Shown one piece after another: positions 31,061-44,651 of a stretch of 64,000 nt of DNA (position 1 is the stretch's first letter; each line of letters opens with the position of its first letter). Location of the stretch: assembly GCF_009914755.1 (NCBI RefSeq), contig NC_060931.1. One strand, written 5' to 3'. This stretch comes from the human T2T-CHM13v2.0 reference genome, Homo sapiens. The notes under the pieces were generated by a model. The model did no database searches and was not told the origin of the DNA. It saw only the letters and a program-made list of their open reading frames with translations. The translations under genes and the position numbers were made by a program.

Positions 31061-31159
31061 TTTCCTTTTTTTTTTTTTTTTTAATTTTACTTTAAGTTCT
31101 GGGATACTTGGGCTGAACATGCAGGTTTGTCACATAGGTATACATGTGCCATGGTGGTT
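31061..31159 (-). mobile_element. 99-bp severely 5'-truncated L1PA (PA8-10-like) 3' end
   Basis: Poly(T), then attttactttaagttctgggatac...tacatgtgccatggtggtt; 19-bp TSD ggagcaatg(c/t)gatttttct at 31042-31060 and 31160-31178. Confidence 0.92.
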
Positions 31160-31425
31160 GGAGCAATGTGATTTTTCTAAACCCTGAAGCTATAAAGAAG
31201 ATGCAATAAACAACAGCATTTTAAATGCCAAATTTGAATGAATAAATAAATGACCTTCCCACAAGAAAGCAGGCTCCCTTGATATTTTAGCAAATAGAGT
31301 TGTAACTAACAGATTCCCTTATTCATGGAAAATGAAGCTTCATTAATATTGAACTTCTCAGTTATCTACATGAGTAACATAGATTTTTGTGCAAAGGAAG
31401 ATGCACTTATTAGTATTTACCTCTT

Positions 31426-31914
31426 TGTATGGTACCCGTACCTGATAAGTTAGCATAACCATACCCTGAGAATGACCCCGTATGGCAGATACACCTGAAT
31501 GTGTGTTTGGAGTGCCAAACTAAGGAATCTGGGAGTAGCCAACCTGGAGATTCATTCCTTACCTATGAGAAACACCTGAACACCCAGTTCATCCCATGGA
31601 ATACGGGCCTACAGGAGATCGAGGCTCTCTTGTTTGGGTTAAATGAAGGTTGCCAGGTGGAGGTTTCTAGGGTGAGGGTGCTAAGTGAAATGCTATATAA
31701 ACTGCATGCTTTTCACAAGCGGTGTGGTGCTCCTGCCCAGGCTGCTGCGACTGGTCTGTACAGTTCTCCTATCCAGCCCACTGCCACTGGACCATCCCTG
31801 TATGTAAGTTTCCCTCAATAAACCCCACATCTTGTTTACTGGCTCTGGGTCTCTTCTTTGGCCTCTTGAACCTGGCACGTTCCCTATTGAAGTTAATAGG
31901 GGTCTGGCATGACA
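31426..31914 (+). mobile_element. ERVL-class solo LTR, LTR47-like
   Basis: TG...CA ends; perfect 5-bp TSD ctctt; tatataa box near 31695; aataaa near 31817. Confidence 0.85.
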
Positions 31915-33011
31915 CTCTTCATTAAAACATATGAATAGCAAGAAAAAAAAATCAACTTAGTCTTGAATTCTACAAACCCAAAAATTATCTCCTATTATCA
32001 GAACACCTGAGAAGTTTAATAAGCATTTTATGAAAAGCATTTAACAAGCATGCCCAAGGTTTAATTGATGGGAAAATGTTATTATATTTAATAAGATACT
32101 CCCATCTCCATCCACAGACCTAACTTAAAAAACATGAGAATCTCTAAGCCAGACAAAGAACCAATCTAATGAGTAGATATTCTCCACAGGGACTGATGCA
32201 AGGTTGAGCAAACTTTTAAGAAATACACACTATGGCTCTCAAGATCTGGCCTTCCACTCCACCAGGGTTATTGAGAAGAATGGCTCCTCTCCCCACTTAA
32301 ACATGCATGCAGATTCTGGCCCTCTAGTCTCTATATACAACAGATACCCTATGCACATGCCATGCCAGTGTGGGTTACGAGGACACTCCTATTGTGAAAG
32401 GCTAGAAATTGAGCTGGCAGGTGACAAAACAGTAGCGGGAGAGACAGACTGGGGCCCATGTGGCTCTGCAGTGCCTGGGAAAGGTAAGAACGAAAAAAAA
32501 CAAAGGATACTTAAGTTAAATCTAAGGCAGTGGCTCCCAAACTTCTTCAGGTGCCAAAAATGCCTATTGGTCTGTTATATTCTAATGCACAAATTAGCAT
32601 CTGTTTTAGTAGCAGAAAATATGACTTACATAGATATACATTTTGTGTACATATAAATATACCTGTGTATAAGTACATATACACAATGCAAAATTATTGC
32701 CACATGTCTACCAAAACAAGCTGCAAGCTAAACGCAAGGAGCTGCTCCTCAGTTTTCCTATTAACATTTTTCAGCTTGTTCATTTTGTCATCTGCTAGTA
32801 TTCACAACCAGGCAAGTGGTTACAATTTCCAATGGCTTGAGAAATAATTTATGGAAGAAAAACATAAAATCAAGGAGATCATTCATTAACTTACATTTTC
32901 CTGAAAGTTGGAAAAAGACTATAATTGTATTTTAGAGGAAATTAGCTTGGTCCATCCTAAGAAACACTCATAATTGTTAAGACTCTTAGACTGTAAATAA
33001 CTAAACTGGAG

Positions 33012-33136
33012 AGATTTTTGCTGTTTAAAAATACCAAATGAAAGAGAGGCTTCATTTGGAGCAATGTGATTTTCTAAATCACAAAAACTATGAGGAAGTT
33101 GCAATAAACAACAGCAAAGAGTTTTAGCTAACACAT
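33012..33136 (+). repeat. Second copy of an ancient local duplication (first copy about 30995-31315)
   Basis: About 80% identical by eye to 30995-31218 once the L1 insert is removed. Confidence 0.85.
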
Positions 33137-34699
33137 AGCTAAAACAAAAAAGGAAGAAATTTTAACATAAGAGTATCTCTTAGCATACGAAGGCGGAGAT
33201 GAAATAAAGATTCACAAAGTATTTGGAAAAAAACCGAAGGCCAGAAGTACTCTTTCTCTTATCTGTTCTCCTCTGTGTGTCTGATACCCGCCCCCACTTC
33301 TTCTCCCTCTCCCTCCCCTTCACTAAACTAGTTATGTCTGCTTCTCCGTCTATAAAGCAGTTATGTGTGGTTAAATTTACATTTCTCAGGGTTACCAGAT
33401 AGATTCTATTGTTTGCTACAAGGGAAATATATGTCTAGTTCACTACATTCAAACTGTAATCACTAATGAACTCTTTACTTTGGGACTGCTTTCCATTGTA
33501 TCCTTAAGAAACAATAGAGAGTGAACATTATCTACTTAATGATGATCAAATCCTTAATCCTTTGTGCAAAGGACTTTTACTTAAAAATGCTTCGGCTATG
33601 CGTGTTTTAGCTTATGAAAGTGGCAGCAGGAACAGGCTGAGGTCCTGTTCTTATGCATCTGTTAGAAAGTTACTGCTCAGATGCAGATTTCAGATCTGCA
33701 AGCAACTAGAATTCCAGATTGCCTTACAGGGTACCTGAGGGAAACTGCTGCCCTCCCCACGGTGATGGTAAATACACAGAACAGCAGCTCATAGCCCCCA
33801 GCATGCCCTAATACAGGGCTCCACACACTTGGACTTTCCTATCAACAGGCAAAGAGCTATTATGTCCTCAGGACAGGACTAAGAAGTGAGGGTGAGTGAT
33901 GTCTAATGCCTGGAGAAGGAAACCAGGCAGCCTCAGAGCTGGCTCAGCCTGTGCAGCCCGGCATGGAGGATTACACTGCTTCTGGGGCTTCAGAATTGTC
34001 CATATTTACAAAGAATTTGAAGTGAAAGAGTGACCTGATGTTGAACACTATAATCCATGCAGTTGGCACTGTTACATCTAACTTACCTGTGCGTGCTGAG
34101 CTGCCTAAGCAGATTAGGCAGCCGTCATGTACCACAGATGAGGCAGTCTAGCCATGATTTTTCATTGCTTCTAAAGGGGATCACCACGATTTGCTGGAGG
34201 TTTATTTTGGCTGGAGGAGAAGGTGGTAAAAAGATGATTGCAGTGTGACAATTAACAAATGGCAATTTTGAGCAGAGGAGAAATAACTCAATTTATACTT
34301 AATGCATATGTCAGGTGACTCCTGACTAGATTAGGTGGTCAACGGAGCAGATACCTTCAGGTAGAAGTGAAAAATTCTAGATGTTCTTGCTCCCATGTCT
34401 ACATGCCCCATGATACAGATGTGTTAAACACAGACACTTCACTGGTGTCACACAGCCCCATAGCTCTTGTCATGCACCTTGAATGCCCCATGTTACATGG
34501 ACCATTTTGAGTTTTCCCTCTTGGATGCCAGTGAGTCAGGATCCAGATTCCATTTCTGACTGAAGAACCTCTGCACATCAGCCTTATGCCCATGCACAGA
34601 GGTATGATGTAACAGGCAAGAGAATTCCACCTGTCTAAGAACATTTTCACATTAGCGTGCCATATGCCTGGAGTTCCTGCATATCTCTCTTCCTTTGCA

Positions 34700-35225
34700 G
34701 TAATGCCTCTTAAACTACCTGTCCTTTCCATTTGCCATCACCCCCATCCCCATTTGCCTTGGCTTTTGCAACCATTTCTCAACTAAAGTCTCTGCTTCCA
34801 GTCTTCCCTGCATAAGGAATCCATCCCATGACATGCTCCCAGAGGTGCCTCTCCAAACACATTTCTGACATGTAACAGCCCTACTCAAGAACCATCACCT
34901 CCCTGTGGCCTGTGAAGTGCCAGGCTGAGCTCAAAATCCTCTGCCTAGTATTTGAGGCCACTGTCAATGTGAAAATAATTTAAACTTACAATATTTTCTC
35001 TCATTGCTCCCCTGTGCTTACATGTACATTCCAAACAAAGTGTACTATTCTGTTTCTGGGATACAGTCTACACCATTTATTCTGCATATCTTTGTTTCTG
35101 TTGTTTCTGAGGCCTGGAATTCTATTCTTCCAAACTTCTCCTCACCCCTTCTTACCTTCAAACTGTTCTGCCTGTTAAACACCCATTTATTTTTTAAGGC
35201 CAATCTCCAGTGCCACTTCCCGAGG
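34700..35225 (+). mobile_element. LINE-2 fragment
   Basis: tctctgcttccagtcttccc...tctgacatgtaacagccctactcaagaacc...gcctggaattctattcttcc. Confidence 0.6.
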
Positions 35226-35328
35226 GCCAGTAATATGATAACATATGTTGTGTCCTTTGTAAACTATTAAAAATGTGACAGATACAAGGATGCAAAAAGT
35301 TATTTGCAAACACTTTAGTCTGGGAAGT

Positions 35329-35832
35329 TGTATTAGTTTGCTGAGGCTGACTTAACAAAGTACTAAAAATGAGGGGCTAAGGTAACACATACGTATTGTC
35401 TCACAGTTCTGGAGGCTAGAAGTCTGAGATCAAGGTGTTGGCAGGGCCGCACTGCCTCTGAAGGAGCTAAGGAAGATCTGTTCTAGGTCTATTGCCTGGC
35501 TTCTGGTAAGTCCCTGACTTGTGACAGCATAACTCCAATCTTCACATGGCATTCTCTCTGTGTGTATGTCTGTCTATGTCCAAATTTTCTCCTTTTTTAA
35601 AAGACACCAGTCATATTGGATTAGGGCCCTCCCTAATTGACTCCATATTTTAAATACTGCAGCTTTTACAATAGTACCTATCTATGGCTATGAGTGAAAA
35701 ATGGGATTTGTACTCCAAGTCTGTTTGATTACCTCTCTAATGATGCTATCCCCAAATAAGGTCACATTTGGAGTTACTTGGGGCTAGAATTCCAATATAT
35801 TTTTGTGGGGAGACACAATTAAACACGTAACA
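35329..35832 (-). mobile_element. MLT1B/C solo LTR with an internal foreign insertion
   Basis: tgtattagtttgctgaggctg...tctcacagttctggaggctagaagtctgagatcaagg...ccaaataaggtcacatt...gacacaattaaacacgtaaca. Confidence 0.88.
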
Positions 35833-36224
35833 AAACTTAATGAATAATGCAACTTTATTATTTTGGCTGAAAGAAAGATCCTTGGTAGTAGATCATCCTT
35901 TCACCACCAAAACCAAAGAGCTATAACATACAGGTAGAAGTCTCTATTGACCCAACAGTCAGAAGTACTAGGAACTTCCTGCTTCATAGCACCTGCAGCT
36001 CAATCGATATGCTTGCCATGTCTAGAGATACAAAGGATTACTTTTCTTGTGCACTTGCAGATTCAAGAAGACAAATTCAGTATTCTGTGATAGAAGAGAA
36101 CTCTATAAGAGAATAAACCATTGAAAAGCTATTATAAGGAAGACCAAGAAAGTCTATCGCATCTTCTGACACCGGACTTTGATTAAACTTAATGACACTC
36201 AAAAAATAGTATCACATTCAGGTG

Positions 36225-37804
36225 GCCCACCAACACTGTTGCATTAGGGATTAAGTTTCAACATGAATTTTGGAGAGGATGAGAACATTTAATTCATATC
36301 ACTGTATCACTCACTGCCTAAAATTTATGTCCTCACATACAAAATACATTCATTCCATTCCACTAGCCTCCAAAAGTCTTATCCCAGCATCAACTTTAAA
36401 GTCTAAATCCAAAGTCTTATTCAAATATATGAGTGAGACTCAAGATACGATTCATCCTGGGGCAAATTCCCCTCCAGCTGTGAGTCTGTGAAATCAAACA
36501 AGTTGTGTGCTTCCAAAATACAGTGAGACAGACATAAGATAGACATTCCCATTCCAAAAAGGAGAAAGAAGAAAGAAGTAACAGGTCTCAATTCTAAAAC
36601 TGAACAGAACAAACAACATTATATCTTAGGTCTGGAGAACAATCTTCTTTGATTTCATATCCTGCCTTCTGGACACACCAGATTGGGTTGGGCCTCCAAG
36701 GCTTCAGGTGACCCTTTGCCCATGGCTTTGTGGGGCACAGGCCACGATGCAGCTCTCATGAGTTAAAGTCAAGTGTCTATTTGTGTCAAGAGTCAAGCTA
36801 GTGTTGACTCTTTCCCAAGCTAGTGTTGCATGCTATGGCTCTACAGGTCTGGAGTCTTGAGGACAGCCCTATCTCCATAGCTCCGCTAAGCATTGACCTA
36901 ATGGGGGCTCTCAGTAGTGGCTCCACCTCTGTGGCAAGTCTCTGCTTGGACCACAAAGCTATCCAATACATCCTTTAAAATATAGGTGGAGGTAGCCATG
37001 TTTCCACTACGCTTGCACTCTGCATGTCTGCAGGGACAGCTCCACGTGGATCCTACCAAGGCTCATCCCTTATGTTCTCTGGAGTGGCGGTCTGAGTTGA
37101 ACCTGGGCCCACCTGAGCCTGGGTTGTTGAAGACTGCATTGGCAGAATGTGGGGCACAGAGACTTAAGGCGGCCCTGGGCAGTGAGCCCTGAGCTCCTGA
37201 AGGCTCCCTGAGTCACTCCATTGAAACTGTTCTGCCCTCAATTCCCTGGCACTATGGACCTGTTATGAACATGGCAACCGTGAAGATCTCTGAGGTGCCT
37301 TCAGGGTCATTCTCCCATTGTCTTGATGAATAGCACCTGGTTTCTTTCTATCCATACTTTTACCTCATTATCAAATGACTGCTTGGCGACACTCTTGGTT
37401 TTCTCTACTAAACACATTTTTTATTCTTTACATAGCCAAGCTGAGAATTTTCTAAATATTTACATTCTGCTTCCCTTTTGATTATAAATTCAGTATTTAA
37501 ATGGATTATATCTTCTCATATTCTACTATAAGCAGTTAAGAGAAGCCACACAGCTCCCTCAATACTTTGTCCTGAGAGATTTATTCTGCCAAATATCCTA
37601 GTCCATAACTCTTAAATTCTGTCTTCTACAAAGTCCTAGGATGCAGACACAATTAAGCCAAGTTCTAGCCCCAAGTTCAGCCAGTATCAGCTCTCCCCTC
37701 ATGACTCAGTCATCTCCCAAAAGCCACACATCCCAATACTGTTGCACTAGGGATTAAGTTTCAACATGAATTTTAGCAGGAACAAAAACATTCAAACCAT
37801 AGCA
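36225..37804 (-). mobile_element. MST-family MaLR: internal region with two partial LTRs
   Basis: LTR end actgttgca(t/c)tagggattaagtttcaacatgaatttt occurs at about 36235 and about 37738, flanking MaLR internal sequence (atagacattcccattccaaaaaggaga; ggcaaattcccctccagctgtgag). Confidence 0.85.
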
Positions 37805-38315
37805 TACTCATTTTGTGATATTTGGATAACGCAGTCAAGAGGAAGCATCTATATCAATTTTTCTCAGAGCATTTTGTCCAAGTTTTTGAGGCTGTGCTAT
37901 ATTTTTTAGGATTTCTGAGATAATAATGAAGTCCTGTTTCTGAGAAAATAGTGAAGATAGTAGTGAAACACTCACAATCAATTATGAGAATAAACTCCTT
38001 ACTGATGAAGCTTTTTGTTCAACATGGTACAATGTCTCTTTTGCTTCTTGGGGACAAACTGAGTGAAACAAATAGAAATCAGTGCTCCAAGCATTCTTGT
38101 CTTAGTAAAATCCCCAGATTGTCCATTGTATACACTGAGGAATTAAATGCTTACAAGTGGGAAATATATCAAATCACTTTAAAACGGAAAGGGTTTATTT
38201 TGCACTATGAAAGGGAATGAAGGAATTCTAGAATATCTAACAAAATAAATGATCTCAAAATGAGTAACCTATACCAGAGAAGTTATTGGTAAGATAAAAC
38301 ATTGTAAAGTTTATA

Positions 38316-38434
38316 AACTCAATCTAAAGTCATGATGATTAACCACATTCAGTTGAACCACATTCAATTCTGGAATTCATCTAAAGTACAAATGAACCAC
38401 ATTCAATTCAGGAACTCATCTAAAATACAAATGA
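38316..38434. repeat. 39-bp tandem repeat, about 2.7 copies
   Basis: tgaaccacattcaattc(t/a)ggaa(t/c)tcatctaaa(g/a)tacaaa at 38354 and 38393, plus a degenerate upstream partial copy. Confidence 0.88.
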
Positions 38435-38776
38435 GCAGGCCCTATCTTTCTTGTTCCCAACATTTAGGTATTGATCCCCGTCGAAAGACTGCAAGCTCCT
38501 TAAGATCAAGGACCATGCTTTATCCTTTTGTTACCCAAAGTAAATAAGAAAATGCTGAGGATATAAAAGGTGCTCGGAAAGTGATTTATGAATGCAGGCA
38601 GTCACTCTAATCCTTTGTGTTCTTGTTAAAATGAGGAAGGGTTGAGGGGAAAGGGAGTGAGTAAGCATTTGACACTCCGGGCCTGTGTCCTCAAAACGGC
38701 AAATGTAGAGAATCAAGAGTGGTGTTGCCAGGTCAATCGATCACAGATATCTGGACAGTGAAAAAACAGAGAAACA

Positions 38777-39534
38777 ATAGTACAACCACTATGGAGAACA
38801 GTGTGGAGGTTCCTCAAAAAACTAAAAATAGAACTACTGTATGATCCAGCAATCCCATACCTAGGTATATACCCAAAGGAACTGGAATCAAGATATTGAA
38901 GAGATATCTGCACTGCCATGTTTATTGAAGCACTATTCACAAAAGCCAAGATTTGGAAGCAATCTAAGTGGCCATCAACAGATGAATGGATAAAGAAAAT
39001 GTGGTACATATATACAAAAAAGTACTATTCAGCCATAAAAAAGAATCAGATTCTGTCATTTGCAACAACATGGATGGAACTGGAAGTCATTATGTTAAGT
39101 GAAATAAGCCAGGCACAAAAAGACAAACTTTGCATGTTCTCACTTATTTATGGGAGCTAAAAATCAAAATAATTGAACTTATGGACATAGAGAATAGAAT
39201 GATTGCTACTAGAGGCTAGGAAGGGTAGTTGGGGGGCAGTGGAGGACTAGGGATGGTTAATGGGTACATAAAAATAGAAAGAATGAATAAGACATAGTAT
39301 TTGACAGCACAACAGGTGATTATAGTCAATAATAATTTAATTGTACATTTAAAAATAACTAAAAGAGTATAATTGGATTGTAACACAAAGGATAAATGCT
39401 TAAGGGGGTGGATATGGATACCACATTCTGATGTGATTATTACACATTGCATGCCTATATCAAAGTATCTAATATACCCCATAAATATACACACTACTAT
39501 GTACCCACAAAAACTGAAAGTAAAATAATAAACT
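38777..39534 (+). mobile_element. L1MA2/3-like 5'-truncated element
   Basis: ORF2 end ([28 protein letters not shown]) plus a 3'UTR ending ctactatgtacccacaaaaa; perfect 18-bp TSD tgaaaaaacagagaaaca at 38759-38776 and 39535-39552. Confidence 0.92.
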
Positions 39535-41519
39535 TGAAAAAACAGAGAAACACCTCCTCTAGAGAAACCTAGCAAGCTAGCACAATTTTAATTATTTTGT
39601 GTATGTATATATGTATTGGTGTTCTTGTTATAAGAAGATTTGGATTACTCACAAGGGACAAAAACTGAAAAAGCCAATACTCTCTTCTGGCCATAGCAAC
39701 TGATGACCTAGACTGTTCCCATAAATATGACATTGGAATCTCACAAAGGAATGCTCCTTGCACATTCAAATATTAGGTTACTAAGGGTGTAGACAGCTGA
39801 GAAAGTATTTTATATGCCTGGAGTACTACGCAGAAATCCCAGTATTTTGGGTCCTTTCAGTTCCTCTAGAGACATTTTGCAGTGACTATAAGATAGAGAT
39901 AGGTTTTACAACAATTAAATGCGGTCTTATTGACAACTCAACAACAATCTATGATTTTAAAAAATTATAAATTGAATTCATGAGATAACTGAGATTTTTC
40001 TAGAATATTATACAAACTATAAAGAATGTCTACATTATATAAACTGTGAAGAAAGCTTTTAAGGATTTGAACCTATTAATTGCTTACAAATAGCTGTCAC
40101 TACTTACAAATTAAAATTTAAAAATAATTTAAAAAGCAAAACACCAAGATTCCCTTCAATGGTTTCTACCCAGAAACTATTTTGGAGGAGTTAAGATACT
40201 GTATATACTTAAAAATTATTTCAAAAGAATTTAAGGTTCAAATTGTTTACTAAATTTAATTGCCCCTTTCCTTTTCCTACATCCATCCCTATTCATCTGA
40301 ATCTATAAATTTCTGCTGTAATTTAATTTTCCATGATAATTTTTGAAGTTGTTAGTATATAACAATCTGCCATTCTGCTTGCATACAGAATAAATGGAAT
40401 CATTGAGAAATTCTCCACTGTTTTCAAATACTAAATGCATTTTAAAATTGAAAAATATTTTATTGATATCTGAGTTTAAAGATAGTTCACTCATTAAGAG
40501 CCTAAGAGCTCTTCAATAAGTTGTAATCGTGTGGTATAAAAGCTTCATTCTGATTACTCAATCATGACTAAAATAACACTTAAGACACCCGATTCCTGCA
40601 TTTCAGCAGCAACTTGCTGAATTATCTTTTCATAATTACTAATATGCTAAAGAGATATTATTGAGCCAAGAATTGATGCTGTTGCCTGACAAAAACAGCG
40701 TAGTTTCAGAAAAAGGTAATACCAAAACATAAATACTGTTTTATATTAAAATTTTTAAAATATAATGTTGCTTTGGTAGCCATGAAACTTGTCAATTTTT
40801 TATCATCACAAACATAACCATCACCGAAATTAGATTTTGCTGTTTCAGGTTACTTCCTGAAATATATAGATATTTATTTAGGGATTAGCAGAAACCCATA
40901 CCCAACTTCATTTCTTCATGCTTCTCCTGAGAGAACAGACTGCTGCAATCCATGGACAAGAGAGACCTCAGGCTTTGTGGGAATCTTGATGGAGAGAATT
41001 TTCACTGTGGGTGACATGGAATGACTGAAGATAAGCAGATGCTCTCTTAATTTCCACAAAGTAGTTTCTGGGAAGAGCTTGGCTCAGAGACATACCTGCA
41101 GCCCAGAGAGGAAGATGAAACATGGTCTCCTGTAAATGTGTGGATCTTCCTCTCTGTAAGACACCAAGAAGAGCTGACTAGGTAGGCTGTGGCTTTTCTA
41201 AGCCAAGCTAGGAATAAAAAGAGACTAGGCTGCCAGGAGGCTTTAACCTAGTTGGGGGAAACAAAGTCATCTGCCCCTGCTTAAGGAACTAATGTGCTTA
41301 AGATACTGGATCTGAGTCTGAAGTAAAAAAAAAAAAAAAATTTTAAAGAGAAACCTACTTAAGAGAACGATCAATTGGAACAAAAAGAACATGTTACCAG
41401 AAAAGAGAGATGGAAGTAAAGAGATTTAAAAAAGAGCATGTGTGCAGAGAAAGAGGGCTGCTGGATGACAGACAACAACTGAATTTTTAAAAAGAGGAAA
41501 AGAAAAAAATGAAGGAAGA

Positions 41520-42168
41520 AGAAATTTTCAACAAGGATGCCAAGGCAATTCAGTGGTGGAAAGAATGGTCTTTTTAACAAATGGTGCTGAACAAAACAGC
41601 CACATGGAAAATAATGAATTTGGACCTCTACTTTACACCACACACCAAAATTACCTCCAAGTGAAGTAGATTATGGACATAAATATGAAAGCTAAATACA
41701 TAAAAATCTTAGAAGAAAACATAGAAGCAAATATTTATAACTTTGGGTTAGACAATGGTTTCTTACATACAACACCAAAAGCACAGCAAAAGAAAAAAAA
41801 AGGGAAAAAAGGATAAATTGGACTTCATCAAAATTTAAAACTTTTGTGCTTCAAAGGACACCATAATGAAAGTGAAAAGACAATCAACAGAATGGAAGAA
41901 AATATTTGCAAATTATATATCTAACAAGGGACTTGTATCTAGAATATATACAGCACTCTTACAACTCAACAATAAAAACAAAGCCCAATTTAAAAATGAA
42001 CAAAGTACTTGCATGGACAGAACACCAAAGAAGATATGCAAATGGGTAACAAAGACATGAAAAGATGTTCAGTGTCATTAGTCATTAGGGAAATGTAAAT
42101 TGAAATAATAATTAGATACCACTTCACACCCACTAGGATAGTTATAATGAAAAGGACAGAAAATAATT
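41520..42168 (+). mobile_element. L1M ORF2 3' fragment
   Basis: ORF 41866-42060 (VKRQSTEWKKIFANYISNKGLVSRIY) is ORF2-like. Confidence 0.88.
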
Positions 42169-42419
42169 AATATAAATCACACAGGATATAAAATAAAACA
42201 AACAAACAAAAGCTTCTGAATGGAATAAGGTGTCTGAGATTCCAACTGAGGAACAAACCCAGTAAATCCTCTCAATTGGACAAAAATGTTAAGGGAAAGA
42301 AGACTACTAGTGTGGCTCTCCCTTTGAATCCTGATAAATCCAAGGAACCCACAATCAAGTACAGAAACAATGAGAGGATATGGAGGGGAGAAAGCAAAGA
42401 AATACAGCATAACTAGGAA

Positions 42420-43465
42420 CCATGTCTAAAAAAAGTTGTGAGTGAGCTCTTTGAATATGAGGCTGACTGGAATCAAATACCTAAGAAGCTGGCCAAGTTT
42501 TGGAGAAAGTTGTACTGCCAATAGAACTACCAGCCTAATTAAAACAGGTTGCCATTGTAGTTTAAAAGGACCCTTGTGCTAGCAACATGAGAGGCACGAA
42601 GCAGGCTGAGGAAGCTGCTAATGCTCAAATAAGACATAATCTCCAAGGCTCACTTCAGATGTGACCAAGGAGATAATGGAGAAGGGCAAGCCTCTCAGAG
42701 GGAAGAGCAAAGGGCAGAATCAGGTCTAATGAAGGAACATTCTTTGCACCTCAGGGATGGAGGCTCCTGCCACCTCTGCCCAGAGGGACTTTAGAATTCC
42801 TAGGTGTATCCCATTCTTCCTCTTTCTGAATGTTAATATTTATTGAGTTTTTTCTATTCCTGTTCCACCATTATATATCAGGTGTATAGAGGGAACAAAA
42901 CACATCTTTTAATTCACAGATCTCTGGCTTAAGAAGAACTACATCCAGACTTGATATAGCGACTACTGAATGTCCCTCAGAGATCCTGAGCTCTGAGCTT
43001 GATGCTCTCAATAGGTGGGACTTTTGGGTTGTTCTCCCCTGGGCACAAGGAGTGAACAAAACATATAGTAACCAGAGGGTGCACTGTGGTAGTCATAAGA
43101 CCTTTCACAAACATTCCCAGCTTTTCTCCTTCCAGGCACATGGTAGACTTGCACTTCCCCCACCCTTTGAAGTTTGATGTGGCCATGCTACTTTCCTTAG
43201 ACAGTAAAATATGAGAGAAGGTATGTGTGGTGCTATGAGCCGGTTCATGCTTTCCACATTCTCTTACCCCTAGTATAATGATCGTGAAAGTGTGTGCCAG
43301 GATGGAGCCTCCATCAGCCTCAATCTCCAAGTATCTACAATGAGCAGAAGGCTCTATAATGAACCACAAGAAAAATGCATGAGATAGACTTTTCTTGGGT
43401 TAAGATAAAGAGATTTAGGGGTTGTTTGTTACCATGACAAAATCCACTATATACTGACTGATGCA
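42420..43465 (+). mobile_element. MLT1 internal remnant plus 3' LTR (MLT1I-like LTR at 43085-43465)
   Basis: accagagggtgcac|tgtggtag junction; ttccaggcacatggtagacttgcacttccc; ends ttgtttgttacc...ctgactgatgca. Confidence 0.7.
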
Positions 43466-44467
43466 CATGTCAAATTAAATTAGAACTAGCTCTTGCTGGT
43501 ATAGGCATTGAAAACACTTGAAAAATAAGACCCTTATATCAAAAATGACTATACTTCACAATTTTTGAAAATTTTTAAAGTTATATTCATATTTCTAAAT
43601 TCTTAATGATACCTTGGAAGAATCAAGAGAAAGTGTGTGTGAGGATCATAGTTTATCCTGCAGTCATAGTGGAAAGTAAATTCTTAAACACCTCTTTGAA
43701 GTCCTTATTGAAATGGATGCACTCACTCACACAGCCTCATCTTCCAGTTTGAGGAGTATCACAGATGGTTTTCCGCATACCCTCTGAGGTGCACTAAATG
43801 CTGTCCCAGTGAGCTGAAGGGGGGCAATCTACCCCAAATTCTTATTTCTCTTTTGGGACCCTCCTTTGCAGGATGATGTTTTTCTGGTCAAGAGTGAGAA
43901 TAAAGAATGAGATCTGTAATGCCCAACCCTTTACATATTTCCAAACTAGTGGTGAAAGTGAATCTCTTCCCCTGTGAAATTTAGTAAAAGCTACAAAGAC
44001 AGAAATAAAGGAATTATTATAAAACATAATGTTGGAGAGATAAGTGCATCACATCATAGCCACTGAAATATTTATTTCATTATTTACTGAAAAAGGGAAA
44101 ACTCATAATGGACTGATTCTCTTCCCATGCAAAAGGAAGATGTGATGTGCAAATGTCTTATAGAAGAGAGCCGTCTGAAGTCCTAACTCTTCTCTGCATA
44201 TGTTAAGGATCTTGACCCACCTGAGCTAAATAGTTTATCCCTGTAAGAGCATATATTCCATAAATGTTTGTTTTCTCACTCATCGAATCACAGAACCAGA
44301 ATTGTAACAACAATATGTGTGGAGTCACCAGGTCAGGTTATTTTCCTTAGCAGTACTTAATTAAAGAGTCCTTTAGCTCAGTACTCTATGAGGGCAAAAA
44401 CATTTTATTTAAATAAGAACTAAGCCATCTTTTTGGGTAAACTGTATACTGTTTTCTAAAGGCTAGC

Positions 44468-44555
44468 ATATATATATTTATGGTGCGTGTGTGTGTGTGT
44501 AATACATGACTGTGTATGCATGTGTGTGTGTGTGTATATATATATATACACACAC
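44468..44555. repeat. Compound (TA)n/(TG)n microsatellite
   Basis: Seen directly. Confidence 0.9.
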
Positions 44556-44651
44556 CAGGCAATTACAAACAAGATTTAGGCATAACTGCTGATTGCCCTA
44601 ACATTAATCCTTAACTCCAGCATATATATGGAATGGTGAAGCCCTTAGCTC

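Noticed and set aside
32204-32847. 150-aa and 105-aa ORFs as a small gene
   Set aside because: Non-ATG starts, no recognisable domain, and overlap with low-complexity or MER-like sequence
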